Shown here: one piece after another, positions 23,034-34,513 of the stretch
Layout: every line of letters starts with the position of its first letter
Numbering within the stretch: the first letter of the stretch is position 1
IMG/VR virus record: IMGVR_UViG_3300049043_000070
Span: 96,001-160,000 of that record
Strand: one strand, 5' to 3'
Length of the DNA stretch: 64,000 nucleotides
DNA from: a virus
Program-made: the position numbers and the translations under genes
The notes under the pieces: model-generated
What the model was told of the DNA's origin: nothing
Seen by the model: only the letters and a program-made list of their open reading frames with translations
Databases searched by the model: none

Positions 23034-24074
23034 AGAGTAGCTCTGATTACTGACCAGCACCTTGGATGGGCGCAAAGGATCTCTAGCATTTTGGAATTTC
23101 TTTCAGAGGTTCTATGATGAGGTATTCTTTCCTACCCTAGAGAAAAAAGGTGTTACCCATGTAATTGATCTTGGTGATACCTTTGACAATCGTAAGTCAA
23201 TGGACTTCAACACTTTTTACCGTGTCAAGACAAACTATTTTGATAAACTCCAAGCCTTATAAAGTACATATGCTTTTGGGTAATCATTGTACTTATTATA
23301 AGAATACCAATCGCATCAATTCACCTGAACTCCTACTGGAGCAATATTCAAACATCAGCATTTATGCTTCACCAAAGCATCTTACATTAGGTAGTAAAAA
23401 GTTCCTGATGTTGCCTTGGATAAACACGGAGAACCGTGATGAGGTCTTGAAGCTACTTTTGAAACCTCTGATGCTGATATTTGTTGTGGTCATTTGGAAC
23501 TTGATGGATTTGAAGTTACACCTGGCATGACTATGGATCATGGAATGGATCCTAAGTTATTCCATCGTTTCCATCGTGTATGGTCTGGACATTTCCATCA
23601 CCGTTCACGGAAAGGAAACATTCAGTATCTTGGCAATCCTTATCAAATGTATTGGAATGATTATAAGGACACCCGTGGATTTCATATTTACGATACTCAA
23701 AGTGATAACTGGAGTATATCCATAACCCGTTTGAGATCTTTGAAAAGATCATCTACGACGACAGCAAAGAAGACTACAACAAACATGATGTGTCTAGTTA
23801 TAAAGACAAGTACATCAAGATCGTTGTTGACGAAAAGAAAGACTATCAAATGTTTGAAACGTTGGTTGATCGTCTTTACAACGTAGGTGTCCACGACGTA
23901 AAGATTGTTGAAAATTTGGTTGGTGAAGACAACAAAGAAGACATTGAAATGTCCGCAAAAGATACATTGACACTTCTAAATGAATACATTGATGAAGTAG
24001 AAATGTCCGTCAGCAAGTCAGATCTCAAGAACTTGATGAGGTCTCTATATATTGAGAGTTGTAACGTTGTCTAA
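23030..24074 (+). CDS. gp47: recombination endonuclease subunit gp47 (SbcD-like; frameshifted)
   Basis: ITDQH, DLGDTFD, LGNH, SGHFH, YLGNPY. Confidence 0.92.
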
Positions 24075-24075
24075 T

Positions 24076-24340
24076 ATGTTCATCGTAACTTTGGAAGATC
24101 ACCCTGATGGCGTATACTCTGTCTTTGACGATGCTGAGGACAGAGTTATCCCTATCTTTCAAGAAGAAGATGACGCAGAGCCGTTACTTAATGATGTTAG
24201 AAGAAGACCAAGACTATCCGCCCATGCAGATCGTTGAGGTTGACGACCATGTTATAATAGGAGCATGTCAAGAGCGTGGACATAGGTTTACGATCATTAC
24301 TCCTGATGATTTTTTGATACCACCTGATGATTTAGAATGA
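24076..24340 (+). CDS. acidic hypothetical protein (frameshifted)
   Basis: GVYSVFDD...IITPDDFLIPP. Confidence 0.6.
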
Positions 24341-26069
24341 TTATCTTTCAAAAAGATCCGCTGGCGCAACTTTCTCAGCTACAGGCAACGTCTTTAGTGA
24401 AGTTGATTTGGAAGCGAGCTAAAACCAATTTGATCGTTGGCACCAACGGAGCAGGTAAGAGCACCATTCTGGATGCGCTTACCTTTTCTCTGTTTGGCAA
24501 ACCATTTCGTAAGATCAACAAACCTTTGCTGGTCAACAGCATCAACGAAAAGGATTGCCTGACTGAGATTGAATTCAGTATTGGTCGTAATGAATACAAA
24601 GTTATTCGTGGTATCAAACCTAACAAGTTTGAGATCTATTGTGATGGTCAGATCTGGAACCAGAGAGCACAGTTGTAGATCAGCAAAAGAACTTTGAGCA
24701 GAATGTTCTAAAGTTGAATTACAAATCATTCACTCAGATTGTGGTGCTGGGATCTTCCACGTTTGTTCCTTTCATGCGTCTGCCTCTGGCACAACGTCGT
24801 GAGATTATTGAAGACATTTTGGACATTCAAGTATTCTCTACAATGAATGTATTGCTCAAGGATAAAGTCCGAGAGAATAATGAAGATATCAAGAATTTGG
24901 ACTATCAACTTCATCTTCTGGACGAAAAGATTGAACTTCAAAAGAACTATATGTTTGAATTGGAGAAGAAGACCAAGGAAGAGATCACCCGTAAGGAAAA
25001 TAAGATTGCTGAATTGTTAGAAGATGAAAACACACAGCACCATGAGATAGAGCGTCTGACTTCTGAAGTTGAAAAACATTCTATAGAAATGGAAGCACTA
25101 TCAAATTCTTCATCCAAGTTGAAGAAGATGAACACTTTTCTCTTCAAAATCCAATCAAAACTTTCATCTTGTCAGAAAGAACATTCTTTCTTTACTGATA
25201 ATCATGTCTGTCCTACCTGTACACAAGACCTAAGTGAAGAGTTTAGACAGAGTAAGATTGCTGAAGGTGAAGGCGAATTGAATAATTTACAGACTGGTAT
25301 TCAAGATCTGCTCGATGCTATCTCAAAAGAAGAGAGAACGAGAAAATGAATTCGCAAGACTATCAAAAGTTATACTTGGCTTCAACTCTTCTATTACTCA
25401 AGCGAATTATCAGATTACTTCCTTACAGAAAACAATCGGTGATATAGAAACTGAGATCAAAGAACTGGAAGGAACCAACCCAGACAAGAAAGCAGAGTTC
25501 GTCAAACTTGAAGGACTTGTTACGAATAAAAAAGATTTGAGCAAGACCTTTGCCGAATACGAGAAAGATCGTGATACACTATTAGTTGCCTCTCAACTTC
25601 TCAAAGATAACGGGATCAAAACCAGGATCATCAAGACATACCTGCCTGCGATGAACCAACTGATCAATCAGTATCTACAACGTATGGATTTCTATGTGAA
25701 CTTTACGTTGACAGAGAACTTTGAAGAGACCATCAAATCTAGATATCGGGATGTGTTTTCATATGATAGTTTTAGCGAAGGAGAAGAAACTAGAATTGAT
25801 ATTGCTTTGCTGCTTACTTGGAGAGTATTGCTAAGCTCAAGAATTCTGTGGATACTAACCTCTTGATCCTAGATGAGATCTTTGATAGTTCACTGGATCA
25901 GCAAGGTGGTAGTGATCTGGGTTGGATCCTTCGTAACTTTGACGATAAAACAAATGTTTATGTGATCAGTCACAGAGAACAACTGGATGGGAAGTTTGAT
26001 AGAACACTAACAGCGGTGAAGGAAAAGAACTTCTCCGTGATCCAAGAGACAGTTTCCGAACTGGACTAG
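24337..26069 (+). CDS. gp46: recombination endonuclease subunit gp46 (SbcC-like; frameshifted)
   Basis: GTNGAGKST, CPTC zinc hook, SFSEGE, LILDEIFDSSLD, VISH. Confidence 0.93.
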
Positions 26070-26103
26070 GGGTGCCTCCAAGGGGGTGCCCCTTTGCTAT
26101 GCT
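26048..26103 (+). promoter_or_regulatory. palindromic upstream motif plus -10 hexamer
   Basis: GACAGTT-TCCG-AACTGG; TATGCT at 26098. Confidence 0.45.
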
Positions 26104-26126
26104 TACCACATCAGCAAAAGAGACCG

Positions 26127-28282
26127 ATGACCCGCCAAGAAATCAAGGGCAACCTTGCCCGCCTGCTAGCTACCGAGAACCTCGTTGTAGAGCACCGTAA
26201 TTGCCCTACAGCGTGCTTCAACGTTGAGACCCGTGTGCTTACCCTCCCGAACTGGGATCGTGCTTCTGGCACCGTATACGATATGCTGGTGGGTCATGAG
26301 GTGGGACACGCTCTGTTTACCCCTAACGAAGACTGGACTGCGAAAGTCAGATTGTCCCAAAGACTTCATCAACGTGGTAGAAGATGCCCGTATTGAGAAA
26401 CTGATGAAGCGTAAGTATCCTGGTCTGCGTAAGTCGTTTGCTGGTGGTTATCAAGAACTGAACGCTAAGGATTTCTTTGATATTGCTGGTGACGACCTCT
26501 CTACCTATAGCTTGATTGACCGTATCAACCTTCACTTCAAGGTTGGTGCTAGTGCTTTCATTCCCTTTGCTGATAATGAGCAAGTGTTCGTCACTCGGAC
26601 GGATGAGGCAGAGACCTTTGATGAGGTGCTCCAGATTGCTGTTGATATCTACAACTTCAGCAAGCAAGAGAAAGAGATGGAGCAATTGGATGCTAATGTT
26701 GGACTTGAGCAAACTACTCAAGGTGGGGGTGGTATGACCCAATCTGGGGGTGATAATGAAACTGAAGGTGATGCTGACGAAGACCAACCTTCCAGCAATT
26801 CTGATCAAGAGTGTCAGCAGACTGGTTCTCCTACTCAACCGAAAGGTGAGGATGGTGATAGTGCTGGTGATGAAGGTGATGACGAGAGTTCCCAAACTCA
26901 AGATGCCTTTGATCGTGCTGCTGAACGTCTGACGAATACCTTTGCTGGCAATAACACCATCTATGTTGAGATCCCCGATAACGTAGTCCTAGAGGATTAT
27001 GTTGCTGACTGGACTGAAGTTCATGCTTGGATTGATGAGCAGCGTGAAGCTAATGAACAGATGCTTGCTAACGCTTATCGTGAAGTAGATAATGATTACG
27101 CTTCTTTCCGTAAACAGTCTCAGAAAGAAGTGAACTATCTGGTGAAAGAGTTTGAGTGTCGCAAATCTGCTGATGCTTATGCTCGTGCTGGTCAATCCAA
27201 GACTGGTGTGTTGGATACTTCCAAGCTTCACACTTATCTTTACAACGAAGACATCTTCAAGAAAGTCACAGTCCTTCCTGATGGTAAAAATCATGGTCTT
27301 CTGTTTCTGCTTGATTGGTCTGGCTCTATGCAGCGTGAGATCTTTGCTACTGTCAAACAACTCCTGAACCTTACTGCCTTCTGTAAGAAAGTTCAGATCC
27401 CGTTTGAAGTGTATGCGTTCACGAACGATTACTTCCCTGTTCGTCGTATCAAAGAAGGTAAGTCTCAGTATGTTTCTAACGATGAATACTTTGCTGCCAA
27501 CGGTTGTCATGATGGTAAGATCTACCTTCAGAAAGGTATGTTTCATTTGATGAACTTTATTTCGTCTCGCTCTAACGGTAAAGACTACGAACGTATGTGC
27601 CGTAATCTATATCGTGAGGCATACACTTACACTTACCACACTTACTATGGTGCCACTACTGGTCTGGGTTTGTCTGGCACTCCTTTGAATGAAGGTATCG
27701 TGATGCTCAATTACATCATCCCCCAGTTCAAAAAGAAGAACGATCTTCAGAAAGTGAACGTCTGTATTCTTTCTGACGGCGAAGCTTGCCAAACTGCCTA
27801 TGGTCATAAGATGTATGATGAATACAGGGATCGCAACTATATTCGCCCTCGTCGTTTGGATAGTGGCGCGGTTCTTCGTGACCGTCAGACCTGGCCGTGT
27901 TTACAAATCATTTGAGGGTTGGGATAACAACACCAACACTTTTATTCAACAGGTTCGTGACCGTAACCCTGGCGTGAATGTGCTTGGTTTCCGTATTCTT
28001 TCTGGTTCTCAACTGTCTAACTTTGTCAGTTCCTATGCTGACCTTGCTTATTACGGTGAAGTCCAGAAACAGTGGCGAAAAGACAAGTCCGCTATTCTTC
28101 CTCACCCGAAAGCATTTACTGCTCTGTATGCTATTGCTAACAGCTCTCTTGAAGAGAATGCTACGTTTAGTGTAGAGGATGGTGCTAACAAAGCAGATAT
28201 CACCAAAGCATTCAAAAAGATGCTAAACTCTAAGACCGCCAACAAAAAACTTCTCAATTCTTTCGTGGAGTATGTCGCATGA
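26127..28282 (+). CDS. HExxH peptidase-like plus VWA-domain protein (CobT-like; frameshifted)
   Basis: GHEVGHAL, NVVEDARIE, MIDAS FLLDWSGSM, LSDGE. Confidence 0.8.
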
Positions 28283-28788
28283 ATATCTTTGTCACCTCGC
28301 CATTTCCTGCCGAGAGTGCCATTTGTTTACCTGACAAACATATTGTGAAGATGCCACTTGAGTGCTGCCAGATGTTATCCATCGTGGCATCCAAGTGGTA
28401 TCACAATTATGGACCAATTCATAAAGCAGACGGTGTAGCATACCGCACAGAGAAAGGTGCGTTTCGTAATCACCCATGTACAAAATGGGCAGCAGAAACT
28501 ATAGATAATGCCTACTGGTTGATCAAGTGGGGTATGAACTTGTGTGATGAATACTCTGTTCGTTATGGCAAGTTTCATTTTTGCTATAATACTTTGCTGG
28601 AAGCATATTACCTTTTCCCCAAAGGTAAGATTACAAACGTAACTCCATTTGCTAGAGCTATGCCAGATGAATACAAATATGATACGAGCATCACTACGTT
28701 TGATGCTTACAAAATGTATATCGCTAGTAGACCCTCGGTCTCAAGCAACTACCTCCGTATGCCAGTTCGCAAACCGTCCTGGGTCTGA
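28279..28788 (+). CDS. pyrimidine-dimer glycosylase/endonuclease V-like protein
   Basis: MNIFVT...DKHIVKMPLECCQML, NHPCTKWA, FARAMP. Confidence 0.65.
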   Translation: MNIFVTSPFPAESAICLPDKHIVKMPLECCQMLSIVASKWYHNYGPIHKADGVAYRTEKGAFRNHPCTKWAAETIDNAYWLIKWGMNLCDEYSVRYGKFHFCYNTLLEAYYLFPKGKITNVTPFARAMPDEYKYDTSITTFDAYKMYIASRPSVSSNYLRMPVRKPSWV

Positions 28789-28816
28789 CGCCAAACCGAC
28801 CCGCCTGCCCTATAAT
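28762..28816 (+). promoter_or_regulatory. palindromic upstream motif plus -10 hexamer
   Basis: CCAGTT-CGCA-AACCGTCC; TATAAT at 28811. Confidence 0.45.
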
Positions 28817-28831
28817 AACTACATCAACGAA

Positions 28832-29976
28832 ATGACTTCCATGCCTGCCAAATCCGATGTGACCACCGAGCAGCTGACTTCTTATCTATCCAGCAACTTC
28901 GGCAACGATATCAACGCTGCTCAAGTTCAAGATGCTTGCGGCGTGTTTGGTATCACCTATGCTACTGCTACTAAGCGTCTGCGTGACTTTTATGTGAAGC
29001 GTGGCACTTGGAACCTGACTGTTCAGGAGCGCCTTGAGCAGACCTTCAAGGCACCTGCCGCTGCTCCTGCTGTTGCTGTTACCGCTCGGGAAAATCAGAA
29101 CCTTGTTCCTGACAAAGACCCCCATTATGTCCCGTTCGGGAATTTCTCGGATGTGAAAAAGATTATCCAATCTGGTCTGTTCTATCCTACTTTTATTACT
29201 GGTCTCTCTGGTAACGGTAAGACTTTCTCTGTTGAGCAAGCATGTGCCAAACTAAATAGGAGCTAATCCGTGTGAATATCACGATTGAAACTGACGAGGA
29301 TGATCTTATTGGTGGGTTCCGTCTTGTTGCTGGCGAAACTGTCTGGCATAATGGACCCGTCGTGGAGGCTCTGGAACGTGGACCTATTCTCCTTCTAGAC
29401 GAGGTTGACCTGGCATCTAACAAGATCCTGTGTCTCCAATCTATTCTTGAAGGTAAGGGTATCTTCCTGAAGAAGATTGGTAAGTTTGTTCAACCCGCTG
29501 CTGGTTTCAATATCTTCGCCACTGCCAACACCAAAGGTAAGGGTTCTGAGGATGGGCGTTTCATCGGCACCAATGTGCTGAACGAAGCATTCCTTGAGCG
29601 TTTTGCTCTGACCTTTGAGCAAGACTATCCTACCGTCACGATTGAGACTAACATTCTCAAGAAAGTTTCTGCCTCTCTGGGTATTGATGATGTAGAGTTC
29701 TGCGAGAACCTTGCCAACTGGGCAGACATTATCCGTAAAACTTTCAAGGATGGTGGTATTGATGAGGTGATCAGCACCCGCCGTCTGGTACACATCGTTC
29801 GTGCTTTTGCGATCTGGCAGGATCGTATCAAAGCTATCAAGGTCTGTGTCAATCGTTTTGATGATGAGACCAAGCAATCTTTCATCGAACTGTATGATAA
29901 GATTGATGCTAAGGTTGAAACTAAAAATGAATTAGAAGGAACCATGGAGATTGGTAATGCCAGCGATCCGTTCTGA
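28832..29976 (+). CDS. cobS: CobS-like MoxR-family AAA+ ATPase (frameshifted)
   Basis: GLSGNGKT, LLLDEVD, ATANTKGKGS, LNEAFLERF, STRRLVH. Confidence 0.9.
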
Positions 29977-30133
29977 TGAATTCCACGGTTACGTGGATCG
30001 TCTTGCCGTCCTCAAAGACGGCAGGACCGTTCGTATCCTAGGTGGCGAGGGTATGAAATTATTTGTCAAGGACCTTGACGGGAACCTTGAAGAATGCTAC
30101 CATGATAACATTGAACACATTTGGTCTGAATGA
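29960..30133 (+). CDS. small hypothetical protein
   Basis: MPAIRSDEFHGYVDRLAVL. Confidence 0.55.
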   Translation, partial: PAIRSDEFHGYVDRLAVLKDGRTVRILGGEGMKLFVKDLDGNLEECYHDNIEHIWSE

Positions 30134-30417
30134 ACTACAAGTATAATGAAGACGCAATCCTTGAAGAGTTGCGCCAATACATCACCAATACTTACCAGCA
30201 GCATTATTCTGCTGGCGATGATAAAATCCAAACTCTTGATTTGATTGAAGCGTGTGGTGATGGTGAAGCTTTCTGTCGTAGCAACATCCTGAAGTATGCT
30301 TCTCGCTATGATAGGAAAGGATCTGCTAGAATGGACATCATGAAAGTCCTACACTACGCAGTTCTTCTTCTGAACTTCAACGACAAAAATGCCAAACGTG
30401 AAGATTACAACCGATGA
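30130..30417 (+). CDS. conserved hypothetical protein (DUF3310-like)
   Basis: TYQQHYS, NILKYASRYDRKG, KVLHYA. Confidence 0.75.
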   Translation: MNYKYNEDAILEELRQYITNTYQQHYSAGDDKIQTLDLIEACGDGEAFCRSNILKYASRYDRKGSARMDIMKVLHYAVLLLNFNDKNAKREDYNR

Positions 30418-31079
30418 GTAAAGTAACCCTATCCAAGAAGACCTTTGATGTCCTCAAGAATTTCTCCAGTATCAATTCCTCCATCGTATTCCGCAAAGGA
30501 AGCACGTTACGCACTATTAGCAACGCAGAGAACATTCTCGCAGCGTTCTCTAGCGAAGAAGTATTTCCAATGGACTTCGCAATTTATGATCTCAGCCAGT
30601 TTCTTTCTGGGATCTCTCTGTTTAACAATCCTGAACTGGAGTTCTCATCCAGCGATTTTGTTAGCATCCGTGGCGGTGGTAAGTCTGCTCGCTACTATTT
30701 TTCTGATCCTGAAATCACCCTTAAGTCTGCGCCAGAAAAGAACGTAAAGTTTCCTGGTTCTGATATTCAGTTCAACATTACTGGTGAAGATCTCCTTTCA
30801 CTTCAAAAAGCATCTGCTGTTTATACGCTTCCTGACCTGACTTTCCAGAGCGAAGATAACCAAATCAAACTCATCCTTCGTGACAAAGAGAATGATACCA
30901 GCAATACTTACGAGCAATCCATTTCTGGTGATTGTACTGGCGACTATTCATTGGACGTTAAGATTGACAACATTCGTTTGTTCCCTGGTGACTACGTTGT
31001 TAAAGTATCCAAACATTTGATTTCTGAATGGACAAATCAAAATTTAGACCTTAAATATTACATTGCGTTGGAGCCATGA
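30414..31079 (+). CDS. gp45: sliding clamp gp45
   Basis: LKNFSSINSSI, FAIYDLSQFL, YYIALE. Confidence 0.93.
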   Translation: MSKVTLSKKTFDVLKNFSSINSSIVFRKGSTLRTISNAENILAAFSSEEVFPMDFAIYDLSQFLSGISLFNNPELEFSSSDFVSIRGGGKSARYYFSDPEITLKSAPEKNVKFPGSDIQFNITGEDLLSLQKASAVYTLPDLTFQSEDNQIKLILRDKENDTSNTYEQSISGDCTGDYSLDVKIDNIRLFPGDYVVKVSKHLISEWTNQNLDLKYYIALEP

Positions 31080-31082
31080 CTA

Positions 31083-31418
31083 TTGAAACACATTCTTTTT
31101 ACCCTGAAGGGGTGTGCCGCTGATGATCTAGATGACGAAGGTTTTATCAGAGATGTGCTTTATCAAGCATCTATCAGGTGTAAATCAACGATGCTACATT
31201 TGAAATCGCACAAGTTTGAACCGCAAGGTGTTACAGCTGTTGCTCTGCTTGCTGAAAGTCATATTAGCATTCATACGTGGCCAGAGAATGGTACAGCAGT
31301 TTGTGACATCTTTACTTGTGGAGATCACACAGATCCTGATGCTGGTGTAGAATACATGCGGGCAGAATTGAATGCCACCAATATTGTGTCACAAACTATT
31401 TTGAGAGAGTTGGAATGA
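31083..31418 (+). CDS. speD: S-adenosylmethionine decarboxylase proenzyme (SpeD/SpeH type)
   Basis: FEPQGVT, LAESHISIHTWPE pyruvoyl cleavage motif, DIFTCG; TTG start. Confidence 0.9.
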   Translation: MKHILFTLKGCAADDLDDEGFIRDVLYQASIRCKSTMLHLKSHKFEPQGVTAVALLAESHISIHTWPENGTAVCDIFTCGDHTDPDAGVEYMRAELNATNIVSQTILRELE

Positions 31419-31422
31419 GTAA

Positions 31423-31981
31423 TTAGCGATTTACTAATCTAAAACAATTTGGATAATTTTTACTATCAATTCTATATCTAACCTTTTTTTCACTCCATCC
31501 AAGAATACTCATAGCATCTTTTATACTATCATATTCAATTCCATCTATACTCACTGGGGATGAATTTGATTTTTTGATCGCATCAAAAAATTTTTTTGAT
31601 TGCTGTTTTCCTCTCATTCCGCGAGTGGCATATTCTTTTTTTGGTTTTTTATTATGATACTCTTTCATAGATTTTATAAAATTTGGAGATAATGAAGTAT
31701 TCCCACCTTCACCGCCAGTAGTCATGTTATACTTTGGATTTAGTTTGTTTATCCAAAACATTTCTCTATCATTTAAACTTTCTTCTGGTACTTCTGTTTC
31801 TATTTCTTCTATGATAAAATTTTCGCGTCCATATTTTCTTATTGCTCTATGAAGATATGTTTGTGAATTGTATGTATGTAGATCTATAGAAATGTTCTCT
31901 TAATCTTACTTCTTTTTTCTTGGTGGTCTTTCCGATGTAAAAATCTCCATTTGTTTGATTGATTATTTTGTATATAATCAT
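31423..31981 (-). mobile_element. free-standing GIY-YIG homing endonuclease (one frameshift)
   Basis: Minus strand reads MIIYKIINQTNGDFYIGKT...R..HF...LHRAIRKYG...E...WINKLNPKYNMTTGG. Confidence 0.85.
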
Positions 31982-32005
31982 GGTTGAAAAGTAACGCCCT
32001 AAATT

Positions 32006-32012
32006 TATTTAT
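32006..32012 (-). promoter_or_regulatory. late promoter core for the GIY-YIG gene
   Basis: ATAAATA on minus strand about 25 nt upstream of the start codon. Confidence 0.55.
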
Positions 32013-32976
32013 GAAAATTATGAACTCGTCTGATAAAAAACCATTCCTGTGGGTTGAAAGTTATAGGCCAACTACTGTTGAAGATTGTATCCTACCAGAA
32101 AACATCAAAGAGGTATTCAAAGGATTTGTCGCACAAGAAGAGATCCCTAACCTTCTACTTACTGGCACTGCTGGTGTCGGAAAGACCACGATTGCCAAAG
32201 CGTTATGTAATGAGATCGGGCTTCCTATATCGTCATCAACGGTTCGGACGAGGGGCGGTTCCTTGGACACGGTACGCAATCGGGTCCGTCAGTTCGCCAC
32301 AACGATCTCTCTGACCTCTGGGGCGTCCCACAAGGTCGTCATTATTGATGAGGCAGACAATACCACCAACGACGTTCAACTGTCCCTCAGGACCGCCGTG
32401 GAGGAGTTCCATGGCAACTGCCGCTTCATCTTTACCTGTAACTTCATCAACAAGATTATTGAACCTCTTCATTCTCGCTGTACTGTTGTTGATTTCCGTA
32501 TCAAACCCGACCAGGCAATTCAACTTCAGGGAGAGTTCTTTACTCGTCTGAAAACTATCCTGACCCATGAATGTGTAGAGTATGAAGATAAAGTCATCGC
32601 CAAACTTGTCAAGAGATACTATCCAGACTGGAGACGCCTCATCAACGAATGTCAACGTTATGCTGCGACTGGCTCTATCAGTTCCGCTATTCTTGTTGAT
32701 GTTGCTGATGTCAATTTGGACGCTCTACTCACTTCATTAAAGAAGAAAGAGTTTACAACTGTGAAAAACTGGGTGGTTCAGCATCTTGATAATGACCCTA
32801 GCATGATGATGCGTAAAGTCTATGATAGTTTGTATGATGTTCTCAAACCAGCTTCTATTCCAGAAGCAGTTTTGATCATCGCAAAATATATGCGAGACAT
32901 TACAATTGTGCCAGACCAAGAAGTAAATATGCTAGCATGTCTTACAGAACTGATGATGAGTTGTGAATTCAAATGA
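32011..32976 (+). CDS. gp44: clamp loader large subunit gp44
   Basis: WVESYRP, GTAGVGKTT, IIDEAD, PLHSRC. Confidence 0.94.
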   Translation: MKIMNSSDKKPFLWVESYRPTTVEDCILPENIKEVFKGFVAQEEIPNLLLTGTAGVGKTTIAKALCNEIGLPISSSTVRTRGGSLDTVRNRVRQFATTISLTSGASHKVVIIDEADNTTNDVQLSLRTAVEEFHGNCRFIFTCNFINKIIEPLHSRCTVVDFRIKPDQAIQLQGEFFTRLKTILTHECVEYEDKVIAKLVKRYYPDWRRLINECQRYAATGSISSAILVDVADVNLDALLTSLKKKEFTTVKNWVVQHLDNDPSMMMRKVYDSLYDVLKPASIPEAVLIIAKYMRDITIVPDQEVNMLACLTELMMSCEFK

Positions 32977-33227
32977 ACCCATTTAAAATTAATAAGTGGG
33001 ATTTATATGAGGTTCCAGTGAAGACAAATCCTGATAATGTAAAAGAGGCAAACGAAGGTCTCTTTCGTGCTAAAATGACCTTACCTGCTGCTGCCAAACA
33101 TTGTGGTATGACGCAGAAAGAAATGAAACTTACCTTTAGAGAGTATCTTAAATATCATGCCCCAGACTTTGAAATCACTGAAGACACCTTTAAGATATCC
33201 TGGAGGGAAGAGCAGAGCTCTGCCTAA
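32973..33227 (+). CDS. conserved hypothetical protein
   Basis: AAKHCGMTQKEMKLTFREY; 3' end uncertain. Confidence 0.6.
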   Translation: MNPFKINKWDLYEVPVKTNPDNVKEANEGLFRAKMTLPAAAKHCGMTQKEMKLTFREYLKYHAPDFEITEDTFKISWREEQSSA

Positions 33228-33999
33228 ACTCTTTCAGTTCATGCCTGATCTGAAAGATTATACAGAATATCGTGAACCTTTCCTTGGTGGTGGTTCTGTA
33301 GCACTTGAAGTAACCAAGCGTTATCCTGGCATTCAAGTGTGGGTGAATGATCTTTACGAACCTCTGTATAACTTCTGGTGTATTCTTCGTGATCGCCCAG
33401 AGGATCTTTATGAAACTCTGCGTGACGAAAAGAATTATTGTAATACTCCTGAACTTGCCCATGGTCTTTTCAATCAAATGAAGATTGAATTGAACACGCC
33501 AGAAACTTCAGATCTTTGGAGAGCAGCAGCATTTTATATCATCAATAAGTGTAGCTTCTCTGGTCTGACTGAGAGTTCTTCATTTAGTCCTCAGGCAAGT
33601 GAAAGTAATTTCTCTATGAATGGTATTGAAAAGATCCCTGGGTATGGAGAACTAATCAAGGATTGGAGGATTACTAACTATTCATATGAAAGTCTTTTGA
33701 TGGCGGATGATAAATCTGTATTTGTTTATCTTGATCCTCCTTATGATATTAAGGACAATCTCTATGGGCGTAAGGGATCAATGCACAAAGGATTTGATCA
33801 CGATAAGTTTGCTGCTGATTGCGATAAGTATATTTGTCATCAACTGGTATCTTACAACAACTCTCAGTTAGTCAAGGAGCGGTTCCGGGGGTGGACAGTT
33901 GGAGAATTTGCACATACCTATACCATGCGGTCGGTCGGATCGTATACAATAGATCAAGCAGAACGAAAGGAACTCGTCCTTTACAACTATGAAAATTAA
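33157..33999 (+). CDS. dam: DNA adenine methyltransferase
   Basis: LRYPGGKS, EPFLGGGSV, YLDPPY. Confidence 0.9.
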   Translation: MPQTLKSLKTPLRYPGGKSRALPKLFQFMPDLKDYTEYREPFLGGGSVALEVTKRYPGIQVWVNDLYEPLYNFWCILRDRPEDLYETLRDEKNYCNTPELAHGLFNQMKIELNTPETSDLWRAAAFYIINKCSFSGLTESSSFSPQASESNFSMNGIEKIPGYGELIKDWRITNYSYESLLMADDKSVFVYLDPPYDIKDNLYGRKGSMHKGFDHDKFAADCDKYICHQLVSYNNSQLVKERFRGWTVGEFAHTYTMRSVGSYTIDQAERKELVLYNYEN

Positions 34000-34132
34000 A
34001 GTCCAACTCTACGTTAACGGTCGTGTCTTTGATGAGATCGTTGAAGCAGCCAACTATCAAGATGCTCGTGTTACTGCTCTTGCTCGTAACCCTACCGCTA
34101 AAGTTGTAAATGTAACTGCTGTATTTAAATAA
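33989..34132 (+). CDS. small hypothetical protein
   Basis: MKIKVQLYVNGRVFDEIVEA...ALARNPTAKVV. Confidence 0.6.
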   Translation: MKIKVQLYVNGRVFDEIVEAANYQDARVTALARNPTAKVVNVTAVFK

Positions 34133-34513
34133 TGTACCAACTAAAAGATTATCTATACAGCATCAATCAATCTAAAAAAAGTATTCTTAACGATGACGTT
34201 GATGCTGAAAAAGCATATCCACCATATATTATTAATCGTTGTCTTAGCTCTTTTACTGACACTATATTATTTGCAAATGAGATGAACAAGAATTCTCATT
34301 TGCCAAAGAGACTTCAGTATGATTTCTTACTAAATAGTCTCAAACCTAGAAAGAGATTTTCTCCCTGGGCAAAAAAGATTCGATTGATTATCTTGATGTA
34401 GTCAAAGAGTATTATGGTTATAATGACGATAAATCTCTACAGGCACTTAGGGTTCTCACAAAGGATCAGTTAGATCATATTAAAAAAGTGTTAGATAAAG
34501 GTGGAAAGAATGA
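34132..34513 (+). CDS. gp62: clamp loader small subunit gp62 (frameshifted)
   Basis: YPPYIINRCLS, KPRKRFSPW. Confidence 0.88.

Noticed and set aside
28832-29976. Cobalamin biosynthesis by the phage
   Set aside because: No cobN or other cob genes in the window; the CobS-like ATPase is a common T4-like cyanophage gene
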